From a virus (lineage: Duplodnaviria; Caudoviricetes): a DNA stretch of 50,601 bases. Location of the stretch: IMG/VR virus record IMGVR_UViG_3300002307_000070, positions 1 through 50,601 of that record; one strand, written 5' to 3'. Of this stretch, positions 19,768 through 30,029 are shown piece by piece; the stretch's first letter is position 1, and each line of letters opens with the position of its first letter. The position numbers and the translations under genes were made by a program. Below the pieces are notes generated by a model. That model did not search any database. It was not told the origin of the DNA and worked only from the letters and a program-made list of their open reading frames with translations.

Positions 19768-21441
19768 ATGAAAATTGAAGAACTTCACGAATCTACAACA
19801 TCCGGAAGTGTTGCCCCAGTAGCAGCACCGATGAATGGCGGAGGCGCTATTAAGCGCGGCACTGGCGTGTATCCCAATAAGAAAGGTGGCAATCTACTGA
19901 CTGGCAAAAAAACTAATAAGAAGTATGCCAATGCAATGAATGAGGCCCCTGAACTAAAAAGTAAACAACAGTGCATTGATTATTTTGTGAAGCGTGGTAA
20001 AACTGCGGCACAGGGTGCTGCTGCATGGGAACGAGGATATCGTGGCGGACCGTCAAGTAAAGAAAAAGCAAAAACAGCAGATAATAAGCAACTAAACTTG
20101 TTTTCTGAAGCACAGTTAGAAGAAGAAGATTTAATTCTTGTGCCAGGTCAAGGTCATAGACTAAAGACTGGTTTTCATGCATTTGACCCAGATAAAGCAG
20201 AGCATGAAGGTGAGACATTAAAGAACAGTCTTAGAACTATTATTCGCAATGCTAAAGAACTTCATGGTAGATTAGAAAATAGTGATCAGTTTCCTGAATG
20301 GGTAAGTGAAAAGATCGGTCAAATTAAGGGTATGATGACTGGTGTTACCGAGTATCTTATCAGTAGCCAAGAAGAACACGAGCCAGAACAAGAAGGTGTT
20401 ATTGCCGGCGGCGCTGGCAACTTTGAAGAAGCTTCTGATCCTATCGCAAAAAGAATCACTGTTAAGAAGTGGGGTGGAGATGACAAGTATAGCTGGGCCG
20501 TTCTAGTCGATGGAAGACCAGCTGTTACTGGTTTAGGTAAGAATGAAGTTCCATATTATAAGAATATGATTTTAAAGAAGCTACGAGAAAAGCCACAGCT
20601 AACTGGTTCAAATCTTGAGGAAGAGGGCAAGGGTCTATGGGCTAACATTCATGCTAAGCGTGAAAGAATTAAGCATGGCTCAGGCGAAAGAATGCGTAAT
20701 CCTGGTAGTAAGGGTGCTCCTTCTTCACAAGACTTTAAAGATGCCGCTAACGAAGGTGCTAGTGAGCCAGTACCACACAAGTTTAAGCTACCAGATCAAA
20801 TTTCTTCCAAATACGGAATAGACCCTGAAACTTATAATAAACTTGCAACAATGGCAATGCAAGTAAAACAACTTCTACTTAGAGGAATTCATTTTGAAAA
20901 AGCAATTGCGACCTTAAATATTCCTAAGGAGTTAGTTGATACCATGCGTGAAGGCGCAATGAACAGCATTAGAAGTAAGTTCTTCATTGACGATGTTAAG
21001 GAATATCAAAACAATCAAGATATGAACGAAGGCATCGTAGACAAGATTAAGGGCGCAGTTCGTAGAGAGAAAGCTAAGGATATGCCACTAGTTCAAACTC
21101 GTAGAGACTATGCTATGGGTAAAGCTGGTGATTCGTATGAGAAGGGGCAGCTTCGCAAGGGCAATCAGTATAATGCCTGGGCCGAACGTGACCGCAAGAA
21201 GATGGGTCATCCAACAACTAACCCAGCTGGTACATATCGCACCAAGACAACTGATTATACTAACGAAAGTAAATATGGTAAAGGAATGAGAGATTGCTGC
21301 GACTCTCCGGCACAAAAGAATCAACCACATGTCAAAGGATGCAAAAATTATAGTTTTTCAGCGCGTGATAGACGCGATGAAATGGAACGACATAATATAG
21401 AAACTATTCCGGGATATAAGCGCAATAAGGGCAACGGCTAA
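19768..21441 (+). CDS. modular putative internal head polyprotein
   Basis: MKIEELHE N-terminus; short basic modules separated by x-x-E|(A/G/S) junctions. Confidence 0.6.
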   Translation: MKIEELHESTTSGSVAPVAAPMNGGGAIKRGTGVYPNKKGGNLLTGKKTNKKYANAMNEAPELKSKQQCIDYFVKRGKTAAQGAAAWERGYRGGPSSKEKAKTADNKQLNLFSEAQLEEEDLILVPGQGHRLKTGFHAFDPDKAEHEGETLKNSLRTIIRNAKELHGRLENSDQFPEWVSEKIGQIKGMMTGVTEYLISSQEEHEPEQEGVIAGGAGNFEEASDPIAKRITVKKWGGDDKYSWAVLVDGRPAVTGLGKNEVPYYKNMILKKLREKPQLTGSNLEEEGKGLWANIHAKRERIKHGSGERMRNPGSKGAPSSQDFKDAANEGASEPVPHKFKLPDQISSKYGIDPETYNKLATMAMQVKQLLLRGIHFEKAIATLNIPKELVDTMREGAMNSIRSKFFIDDVKEYQNNQDMNEGIVDKIKGAVRREKAKDMPLVQTRRDYAMGKAGDSYEKGQLRKGNQYNAWAERDRKKMGHPTTNPAGTYRTKTTDYTNESKYGKGMRDCCDSPAQKNQPHVKGCKNYSFSARDRRDEMERHNIETIPGYKRNKGNG

Positions 21442-22952
21442 TGAGTAACATTAAACGCGGCATTGATGAAAACCTGCATCAATGGTTTAAAGAAAAGTGG
21501 GTTCGTTTTGGCCCTGACGGAAAAATCCGCGGTGATTGTGCAAGAGGTGATGACAGTGAAGGTAAACCTAAATGTCTCCCACAAAGTAAGGCACAAAATT
21601 TAGGTAAAAAGGGTCGTGCAAGTGCGGCTGCTCGTAAGCGCAGAGAAGATCCAAATCCTGAACGTCACGGTAAAGCAATCAATGTCAATACTAAGAAAAA
21701 AACTAATGAAGACGAAAAGAAACCAGATTTCATGAAACCAGGAAACATGAAGCCATTTACTAAGTCGGGTGAAGAGATTCCAGGTTCAGTGAAAGCATTA
21801 GAAAAAATGCTATTACAGGCAAAAGAACGAGGCATTACATTAAACTACAGTAATATAGATAAAATGATGCAATCAGTTGCTAAAAAGCATCACTTGACCG
21901 GTGATGAGTTACACAATGAATTTGTATCTAAGCATCACATGATTCCTGATAATTGGATCGTGAAGCAATTAGATGAAAATTGCTGGAAAGGCTATCATAA
22001 AGAAGGCAACAAGAAAATGTTTGGTAAGACTTATCCAAACTGTGTTAAGAACGAAGATCAGGCACCAATGTTTACTCCAGAAGAAAAATGTCCACACTGC
22101 GGAGGCGAGTTAGTTAATGAAGAAATGATGAATGAAAAGCAAGATGCTTGCTATCGCAAAGTCAAAGCAAGATACAAAGTCTGGCCAAGTGCATATGCTA
22201 GTGGCGCTCTAGTACAGTGCCGTAAGAAGGGTGCAAGTAATTGGGGTAATGGCGGCAAAAAGAATGAAAGCAGCATTATGAAGGGGATAGTAGATGAAGC
22301 TGAGGAGTTTTATGTGCTTTACATTAATGGCAAGCCTTCAACTAAAAGTCTTAATAAAAACGAAGCTGAAGAATACAAAAACCATATTTTAAAGAAACAC
22401 CCAAATGCTAACGTTCAAATCAAAAAAGAAGTTGCAGATGAAGCTAAAAGCTCCGCTCAATCGGCCGCGATTGCAATCAACATGAAAAAGCATCACAAAA
22501 AACCAAAGAACGAAAGTTTATCAGAAGCTCAGCAAAAATATAGCCAGTTTCATCCTAGCATGGATGATCCTAACTTCAATCCAGAAGATCCAGGAATTAA
22601 TATTATTGGGGTCGGCACATATAATCTAAGTAGATTAAAGAAGAAAGCCTTAGGCGAATGCGAAGCACTATATGTTGAACTTAGAAATGAACAATATAAA
22701 GCAGCGGCATATCACGCTGACCAGTTTTATCGCACAATGAAAGCATTGGGTGAAAGTCTTGCCGAGCTTGAAAGATATAATGATGCAGGAAAAATGACTA
22801 AGGACTTTTTCAATAAGAAATTAGACGAAGAACCAACTACATCAGGGCCAGTTGGCACGCAAGAGGGTGGTTGGAGAACATACAAGCCCGAAAGTGCAGG
22901 CATCGTTAAAAAAGAAAGCAGCATTTTCAAGGGTATTACTGGGCGTAGATAA
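21441..22952 (+). CDS. modular putative internal head polyprotein
   Basis: Modules LHQWFKEKWV, CWKGY..PNCVK, DACY..WPSAYASG separated by IDE/LDE/KNE/MNE. Confidence 0.6.
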   Translation: MSNIKRGIDENLHQWFKEKWVRFGPDGKIRGDCARGDDSEGKPKCLPQSKAQNLGKKGRASAAARKRREDPNPERHGKAINVNTKKKTNEDEKKPDFMKPGNMKPFTKSGEEIPGSVKALEKMLLQAKERGITLNYSNIDKMMQSVAKKHHLTGDELHNEFVSKHHMIPDNWIVKQLDENCWKGYHKEGNKKMFGKTYPNCVKNEDQAPMFTPEEKCPHCGGELVNEEMMNEKQDACYRKVKARYKVWPSAYASGALVQCRKKGASNWGNGGKKNESSIMKGIVDEAEEFYVLYINGKPSTKSLNKNEAEEYKNHILKKHPNANVQIKKEVADEAKSSAQSAAIAINMKKHHKKPKNESLSEAQQKYSQFHPSMDDPNFNPEDPGINIIGVGTYNLSRLKKKALGECEALYVELRNEQYKAAAYHADQFYRTMKALGESLAELERYNDAGKMTKDFFNKKLDEEPTTSGPVGTQEGGWRTYKPESAGIVKKESSIFKGITGRR

Positions 22953-25228
22953 TGAAGATTGAAGAATTAAATAAGCTAGAAGAAGCTAGATTTAGCCCAA
23001 AGAGTTTTGGTGCGGCTGTTGCTAAAGGCCAAGACCTGGGAGTATTGGTTGGTTTTGAATTTGAAGTTTGTATTCCTAAAAAAATCATTGACAAAATCAA
23101 AGTCCCCAAACTCAAAATAAATTATGACGACTTCATTTCAAGGTATTTTAGAACAACCGGCACATTCCTGCATATAGATACTAGCGAGGTGAGTGCAAAG
23201 AAAATGGACTCAGTATTTAAGATAAAAGATGTGCCGTCAACTTATATATCAACCAGCGGATTAAAACCCAAATTTCTTACGTTCGTCGATGCATTGAAGT
23301 ATGCAAAAGAAAAAAACTTAGCGCATGATGATTATGGTCAATTGAATAAACTTATCTTTGGAACAAGCACTGTCAATGTTGAAAGACATTTGACCGATTA
23401 TTTTGAATACGACGGAAAAAAGGTAGTTAGGTTTTTAAAATCTATTGGAGACTATAACATCAAAGATGAATTAGACAGCGAGCAACAACAAGAAGAACCT
23501 AGTGACTACGATAAAGTAGCAAATTTCTTATTAAAGCCAGAACTGTCAAGTTTATACGGCACGGATGTAAAAGTATTCAACGAGTACCACCAGTATAAAA
23601 AAGACACTTCAAGCTGGTATATTGAACCAGATAGTAGTCTTGAACCAAACGGGTATGACGAAGCATGTGAAATCGTAAGTCCACCTATTCCTGCACAGGA
23701 TGCAATGGAAGCATTGAAAAAGTTCTATGCTTTTGCTAAAAAATATAAGTTCTATACTGACGATAGCAACAGTACCGGACTACACATCAATGTTAGTATT
23801 CCAAAAGATATTGACATACTTAAGTTGGTAATGTTTACTGGTGACAAATATGCATTAAGCAAGTTTAACAGAGAAGATAACTTATATGCACGTAGCGCCT
23901 TAGAAATGCTGCAAAATCGTGTGACGGATCTTAAGGCCTATAACACTAAAAAATTGCGCAGAAAAAGTAAAGTATATCCTAATAGTGTTCCAAAACACAC
24001 TTCTACATTGAATATGAAAACACTAGTTGATATTGCAAAGAATCAAACAGCAGGACATTATGTAAGTATCAGCACCGATAATAATGGTAAATACATAAGT
24101 TTTCGTAGTGCCGGCGGCGATTACCTTAATCAGTTTCAAGATGTTATTAACATTGTTGGTAGATTTGTACAAGCTATGATTATAGCCAGTGACAGTGAAC
24201 TCTATAAGAAAGAGTATATCAAGAAACTTACTCAGTTGGTAGGAGCCCCATCTAATCCAATGGCTCAAAGTAAAACTATGGCTGTTCTTAAAGATATTAG
24301 AGAAAATGGATTACCTGTTGCTACATTTGTTTTAGCTGATCTACAAGAGCCACAAGACTTGAAATATTTCAGCAATGAGTTAAAAGATAGTTTTGGGTAT
24401 TATAAATTTTATGATTTTGGGCAGTATTTAAAGAAAAATATAAGTGTGTCTTATTATCCAGATGGGTATAATCATATACTCAGCTTAAAAAATTATATCC
24501 ATATACCAAAACAAGACTATGATAAAATCAGTAAAGATCCAAAAAGTTATGCAATTGCAAAAGCAATACCAGATGTAAATATAGACAATTACAATAATTA
24601 TGTAAAATCAGTAAAAAACTACATTGACACGTACCTCAGTAAAAGAGTGCAAGTAGATGGCAGTTTTTACACTACAATACTCATACCTTCTTTTAAGTTT
24701 TTACCTTATAGTGATCCAATAGTACAAAAATTCGTGAAAGACTTAATGCAAAAAAACAAAGTAGACGAAAGCAGACAGTATCCAGAAAAGCCCACATATT
24801 ATTTTGCATACGGCATGTTAACTAATCCTAAGCTTATGCGCGGCGCTAATTTAATTGGGGTAGGTGAATTGAAGAATTTTGAATACAAGATGTATCAGTT
24901 TGCTAATGTAGAAGAAAACACAGGTGATACGACATATGGTTGTCTGTGGGAAATAGATCGTGCCCAGTTGCAAAGACTGGACCGCATGGAAGGATACCCT
25001 ACTATGTATGATCGTAAGACATATCCGGTATATGTAGACGGCAAAAAGTACGAAGCAGAAGTATTTGTTATGACTCCTGAGACTAGACATTATGTACGGG
25101 GCACATTCCCTAGCAGAGTTTATATAGAAGATGTGGCTCGCGGATATTTGAATGCTGGCGTTCCAACACAGCAACTAAAACATTCAATAGAAGTTGCGAG
25201 AGAAAATATGTACGGCAACTATGGTTGA
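22952..25228 (+). CDS. putative amidoligase (COOH-NH2 ligase) fused to gamma-glutamylcyclotransferase (AIG2-like)
   Basis: GFEFE, EPDSS, EIVSPP, STGLHINVS, FRSAGG; C-terminal YFAYG...G.LW...LDRMEGYP. Confidence 0.8.
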   Translation: MKIEELNKLEEARFSPKSFGAAVAKGQDLGVLVGFEFEVCIPKKIIDKIKVPKLKINYDDFISRYFRTTGTFLHIDTSEVSAKKMDSVFKIKDVPSTYISTSGLKPKFLTFVDALKYAKEKNLAHDDYGQLNKLIFGTSTVNVERHLTDYFEYDGKKVVRFLKSIGDYNIKDELDSEQQQEEPSDYDKVANFLLKPELSSLYGTDVKVFNEYHQYKKDTSSWYIEPDSSLEPNGYDEACEIVSPPIPAQDAMEALKKFYAFAKKYKFYTDDSNSTGLHINVSIPKDIDILKLVMFTGDKYALSKFNREDNLYARSALEMLQNRVTDLKAYNTKKLRRKSKVYPNSVPKHTSTLNMKTLVDIAKNQTAGHYVSISTDNNGKYISFRSAGGDYLNQFQDVINIVGRFVQAMIIASDSELYKKEYIKKLTQLVGAPSNPMAQSKTMAVLKDIRENGLPVATFVLADLQEPQDLKYFSNELKDSFGYYKFYDFGQYLKKNISVSYYPDGYNHILSLKNYIHIPKQDYDKISKDPKSYAIAKAIPDVNIDNYNNYVKSVKNYIDTYLSKRVQVDGSFYTTILIPSFKFLPYSDPIVQKFVKDLMQKNKVDESRQYPEKPTYYFAYGMLTNPKLMRGANLIGVGELKNFEYKMYQFANVEENTGDTTYGCLWEIDRAQLQRLDRMEGYPTMYDRKTYPVYVDGKKYEAEVFVMTPETRHYVRGTFPSRVYIEDVARGYLNAGVPTQQLKHSIEVARENMYGNYG

Positions 25229-26501
25229 TGTTTACAAAATTATTGAGGTAATGCAAGAGCTTCGTAAAGAAGAATTAACCGAAGGACAGATATATGCCGG
25301 CGGTGGTGCAGGGGAAAGTCAGCGTTATTATAATGCAAAGCCAGCTGGCACTATAGAACAGCCCACTGAAGAAGTCACTGAAGCCAGTCCAGATACAATA
25401 GAAGGCAGCTTTACGTTAGATTTGATACAGAGCAAAACCTGGTTAGCTGAGAAGTTGGCTCAGGGACTTAAAGGCAAGAACTGCGGTAATATCTATATAT
25501 TGGGTAGTTGGTATGGAAACATGGCACTGTTCTTAGAACAAGAGGGTGTCAAATTCAAAAAGATCATACTAGTAGAGCCAGATGAAGAAATGTTAATACG
25601 TAGTAAAGAAATACTACAATCATTGAATGCTAGAGGAAAACTGGTATTAATACATCAAAAAGCAGAAGATGTGGTATACGAAAAGCCTTGTATAGTAATT
25701 AATACTAGCTGCAATGAAACCGGTCCTGTATTCTTAACTAAACTTCCTGACAATGTATTATGTTTATTGCAAGCTAGAAATAATGTGGACAATGTTTTGT
25801 TTGAGACAGAAAATCTAGAAGAGTTTGTTGAATATTATCCACTAAAAAAAACATACTATACTGGCACTAGGCATTTATCTGATCCACAAACTGATTATGA
25901 TAGATATATGATTATTGGTCGTAGTGGTAAGAAACTTGATGAAACTGTAAGCACGGGATTAGGCGGCGGAAGCGCAGGAGCAAATGGCGGAAGTATGGTA
26001 GGAGGCCCTACTACATATGAACAAGAGTATGACAAGTTCAAATCTAAGGGTCCTCGTAGAATTACAGCGATGACTAACGAATCACTTGACAGTTCATATC
26101 CATATGAAGAATATGCAACTGGTGAATATCATTTTGTTACTGATAATGGAGTAAAGTATAAAGTATATTTAAATGGTAAAGATATGGTTGGAATATCGTT
26201 CTCTGCAATATTGCCCGGCGAAGAGGAAAACTTTAGACCAGACAAAACTAATATAACTGGCACCGGCAACAGTCGGAAAGTATTTGGTACTGTAGTAAAG
26301 ATCATTAAAGATTTTGCACACCGATATTCACCGAATGCATTATATTTTACCGCTGAAAATGATGAACCAAGCAGAATAAGATTATACAATACAATGATAT
26401 CTCAACTTGACAAAATGTTACCTGATTACAAATCAAGTGGAAATATTGACTTAAGCACTGGTACTGCATTTATGCTTAGACGCAAAAATAGTGAGAAATA
26501 A
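25221..26501 (+). CDS. modular protein with a class I SAM methyltransferase-like domain
   Basis: IYILGSWYG, LVEPD, VINTSC; other modules bounded by LTE/VTE/LDE/TNE. Confidence 0.6.
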   Translation: MVDVYKIIEVMQELRKEELTEGQIYAGGGAGESQRYYNAKPAGTIEQPTEEVTEASPDTIEGSFTLDLIQSKTWLAEKLAQGLKGKNCGNIYILGSWYGNMALFLEQEGVKFKKIILVEPDEEMLIRSKEILQSLNARGKLVLIHQKAEDVVYEKPCIVINTSCNETGPVFLTKLPDNVLCLLQARNNVDNVLFETENLEEFVEYYPLKKTYYTGTRHLSDPQTDYDRYMIIGRSGKKLDETVSTGLGGGSAGANGGSMVGGPTTYEQEYDKFKSKGPRRITAMTNESLDSSYPYEEYATGEYHFVTDNGVKYKVYLNGKDMVGISFSAILPGEEENFRPDKTNITGTGNSRKVFGTVVKIIKDFAHRYSPNALYFTAENDEPSRIRLYNTMISQLDKMLPDYKSSGNIDLSTGTAFMLRRKNSEK

Positions 26502-26503
26502 TT

Positions 26504-26716
26504 ATGAACAATTGGGTAGAAAAAATCGTATTCGCATTATTACCACTAGCATTGTCCGGGGTTGTATACTTGTTTCATACTGTAGAGATTTTACAAGAGC
26601 AAATTGCTGAGATTAAGCCACAAGCAGCATTAGCAAGAGAACAAGTCAAGAGTGAAATTAAAGAGGATATACACACCCTAGACAAAAGAGTTGCCATTAT
26701 AGAATCAAAACAATAA
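26504..26716 (+). CDS. small TM plus coiled-coil protein
   Basis: N-terminal hydrophobic helix; LDKRVAIIE tail. Confidence 0.6.
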   Translation: MNNWVEKIVFALLPLALSGVVYLFHTVEILQEQIAEIKPQAALAREQVKSEIKEDIHTLDKRVAIIESKQ

Positions 26717-26738
26717 ATAGCATATAGGATTAATCATT

Positions 26739-27179
26739 ATGCTAGCAGAAACACTCAAAGTATTATTAGCCACTTCATATGCCTTAAGCATTAAGGCTCA
26801 GCATTTTCATTGGAATTGCGAGGGTCCAGACTTCCCCCAATACCATGAATTCTTTGGTAATTACTATGAAGAAGTATATGGGTCTATTGACAAACTAGCG
26901 GAAATCATTCGTCAACTAGATACCTACAGCCCAGCCAGCTTAACACGCTTCCATGAACTAAGTCAGATTCAAGATCAGGTAAAGATTCCCCGTGCAGAGC
27001 TTATGATGCAGGAACTATATCAAGATAATCAACAAGTATTGCACATGTTTAAGGAATCATTTCATGTAGCTGAAGAAGCTGATGAGCAAGGTATTGCAAA
27101 CTTCCTTGCAGAACGCATTGATGCATTCGGTAAGCATGGTTGGCAACTTCGCTCTATCTTAAAAACACAAAGAGCCTAA
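26739..27179 (+). CDS. dps: Dps/ferritin-like protein
   Basis: HFHWNCEGPDFPQYHEFF..YEE...DKLAE, KHGWQL. Confidence 0.92.
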   Translation: MLAETLKVLLATSYALSIKAQHFHWNCEGPDFPQYHEFFGNYYEEVYGSIDKLAEIIRQLDTYSPASLTRFHELSQIQDQVKIPRAELMMQELYQDNQQVLHMFKESFHVAEEADEQGIANFLAERIDAFGKHGWQLRSILKTQRA

Positions 27180-27182
27180 ACT

Positions 27183-30029
27183 TTGCGCGCAAAAGATTTC
27201 CTTTCAACCTACATAATATTTGAACCCACTAATCAATTGTTTGAAGTGGCAATGAACCCATCTAATCTTAAAAGATTAGCAAAAGCTATACCCGGTGTTC
27301 AAGTGGGTATGGAATTTGAAATGGTTGTTCCTGACGTACAAGTAGACGATGATGAGTACGATTCAGAACCAGACTATGATCAAGATGAGAGTGTATCTGA
27401 CATTGATGATATTGTGCGATTCTTTGGTAGTGATGACGATTATAGAGGACAAGTAAACTACAGTGGTGATCTACGCCGTCTTGAAGAAGAACTACGTGAA
27501 GGTTTTGCAGAATGGATTTCTGATAAAATTCAAAAAGATTGGGAAAGCACAGACGGCGGAGATTTCTTTGATACTTGGATCAGAGAAAACGTAGACCCGG
27601 ACGTAGTTTCAGAAACATTAGAATTGGGTGATGATTTGTTTGGTAATCCCGTTGCCCCTAAAAAAGAAGACTGGGAACAGTTCATAGAAGCTGAGTGGGA
27701 TGAGCAAGGTAAATATTACGATCAAGCAAAAGAAGCATTTGAAGAAGAAAGACGCGACGAAGGCGACTTTGACGAAAATGAATACTTAAGCGACATTGGT
27801 ATTCGTCGTATGAGTGACGTTGAAAGTAATGTTAGTGCAGACATTCAATGGCCTTTCTATTCACACCCTGAAAGTGGCAGCGAAGCTATTGATGACGTTG
27901 CCGACGATTTCAGTAGAGCAATCGGCAAAAAGGTATATTCAAGTGACAGCTATCACGGAGCAAGGCGCGCTGATGATGCTTACTCACTAGAACCAGATAC
28001 TAGTATCAATACTAGTTCAGGTGAAGCTGGTTTAGAATTCATTAGCCCCCCAATGCCAATTGACGAAATGTTTGAGGACTTAAAGAAGGTAAAGCACTGG
28101 GCAGATAGCAGAGGTGCGTACACTGATAAATCAACCGGTCTACACATTAACGTAAGTGTTCCTGGGTACAGTCTTGACAAACTAGACTATGTTAAATTAG
28201 CTGTTTTGCTAGGTGACCAATATGTATTAGATCAGTTCGGTAGATTAGGTACTCAGTGGGCTAAATCAGCATTTGAAATTGTTCAACGCAGAGCAAAAGA
28301 CAATCCAGAAGATGCCGACAGATTGTTGAAGCAGGTAAAGAGTGGTGTAGAAACAATTGCAAGTAAAATTATTCACACTGGTCACACTGACAAGTACACT
28401 AGCATCAATACTAAAGACAACTATGTAGAGTTTCGTGGTCCCGGTGGCGACTGGTTAGATAGGAACTTTGACAAGATTGAAAATACATTGTTGCGCTTCG
28501 TAGTTGCGTTAGATGCAGCATGTGATCCAAACAAGTATAAGAAAGAATATTACAAAGGCTTGTATAAAGTACTAAAGCCCACGAATGCAAACAGCGACAT
28601 GGGCTTGTTTGCCAAGTATATGGCTGGACAAATTACTCGCAGTGAACTAATGAAAGAACTTGAAACTACTCGCAAAGAGCGTTTCAGAGGACAGGGCATT
28701 AGAATCCTTCAGAAGGACGAAGTTGAAGAAGGCGATTGGGAAGTTACATACGATAATGGCACTACTAGCGAGTCAATCTATATTGCCAATACAGACAAAG
28801 TTCCTGACGATGATGCTGCGTTTAATGTGGCGAAAAAATACAAGCCTGCTTGGTTTAAACCAGGCACAATTGAAAACATTACTGTAAAACCATATTCATA
28901 TGGTGAAGAATTAGATGAGTTGAAGATGTATAGTGCTGAGTATAGACACAAATATACTGGCGTTGTTGCTAAAGACGAAGAAGAAGCTAAAGAAAAACTC
29001 CATTTAATGGATCCTGACTTGTTTACTGCATATCCTGACACTGAAATTACTCTTACCGATCAGAATGAGACTAGCAGAAGAAAACTATATGCTATGCTAG
29101 AATGGCAAAAGAGTAAAATAAAGATCGGTGAAGCATGGTTAGCTCGCCCTAAAATTTGGCTTGCTGTTGGTGGCAGTAGCCGTTTCTACATTGCTGCTAT
29201 TAGTCGTGACGAAGCACTTGACGTTGCAACAAAACTAGATCCAGAAATCACCAACAGTGATAGGTTTGAAATTTATGTAAGTGATCAATATCCTGGCGCT
29301 GATACATACCAAGCATATCAAACTGCACAGAATGATTTGATTCAAGCCCGTCAGCGTGAAAGAGAATTAACACAACAGAGTCAGGATGAAACGATTGACG
29401 TTAGCAAGTTAAAGACATATCGCGTAAGCAATATGAATGGCTATCGTTATATTGTTGCTGAAAATGGTGCTGAGGCTGCTGAATTAGCCACTCAGCTAGA
29501 ACCAGATAAGTTCCCAGAGGTACAAAGTCTTACCGTACAGGATCAAAGTCATTTAAGTTCTACTAGTAACCCAACTATTATTCGTAGCATGTATGTAAGC
29601 CAGCAACAAACACTTGGTAGCAATCGTGACACATCGCGCGGACAAGTTGATCAATATAGCGTTTACGAAGCAAGTAATGGTCGTGGTGATCGCATGTTCA
29701 TTGCTGCAAGAACGCCTGTTGAAGCACATACACTTGCTGCTAGACTATATCCTGATGTATTCAATGATGAAATTAGAACAGAACGTTATGGTGATGCTAC
29801 ACAAATGGATGCTGCTAGATTGTTACGTCAACAAGCAACTAGACAACAACAAATGCAGCCTCGTTTAGCCCACATTGGCGAGTATAGAGTTACAAATATG
29901 AGCACTGGTGACAGTCGCTATTTCACTGGAAGCAGCGAACAAGACGCTATAGAGAGAGCAAGGCAGGAATACCCGGCACTATTTACAAACGGGAATATAG
30001 TTGCATCTACTGGAGCAGGGTCATTTTAA
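27183..30029 (+). CDS. putative amidoligase with acidic insert and about 6 C-terminal tandem repeats
   Basis: GMEFE, EPDTS, LEFISPP, STGLHINVS, VEFRGPGG; paralogous to the 22952 ORF; TTG start. Confidence 0.8.
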   Translation: MRAKDFLSTYIIFEPTNQLFEVAMNPSNLKRLAKAIPGVQVGMEFEMVVPDVQVDDDEYDSEPDYDQDESVSDIDDIVRFFGSDDDYRGQVNYSGDLRRLEEELREGFAEWISDKIQKDWESTDGGDFFDTWIRENVDPDVVSETLELGDDLFGNPVAPKKEDWEQFIEAEWDEQGKYYDQAKEAFEEERRDEGDFDENEYLSDIGIRRMSDVESNVSADIQWPFYSHPESGSEAIDDVADDFSRAIGKKVYSSDSYHGARRADDAYSLEPDTSINTSSGEAGLEFISPPMPIDEMFEDLKKVKHWADSRGAYTDKSTGLHINVSVPGYSLDKLDYVKLAVLLGDQYVLDQFGRLGTQWAKSAFEIVQRRAKDNPEDADRLLKQVKSGVETIASKIIHTGHTDKYTSINTKDNYVEFRGPGGDWLDRNFDKIENTLLRFVVALDAACDPNKYKKEYYKGLYKVLKPTNANSDMGLFAKYMAGQITRSELMKELETTRKERFRGQGIRILQKDEVEEGDWEVTYDNGTTSESIYIANTDKVPDDDAAFNVAKKYKPAWFKPGTIENITVKPYSYGEELDELKMYSAEYRHKYTGVVAKDEEEAKEKLHLMDPDLFTAYPDTEITLTDQNETSRRKLYAMLEWQKSKIKIGEAWLARPKIWLAVGGSSRFYIAAISRDEALDVATKLDPEITNSDRFEIYVSDQYPGADTYQAYQTAQNDLIQARQRERELTQQSQDETIDVSKLKTYRVSNMNGYRYIVAENGAEAAELATQLEPDKFPEVQSLTVQDQSHLSSTSNPTIIRSMYVSQQQTLGSNRDTSRGQVDQYSVYEASNGRGDRMFIAARTPVEAHTLAARLYPDVFNDEIRTERYGDATQMDAARLLRQQATRQQQMQPRLAHIGEYRVTNMSTGDSRYFTGSSEQDAIERARQEYPALFTNGNIVASTGAGSF

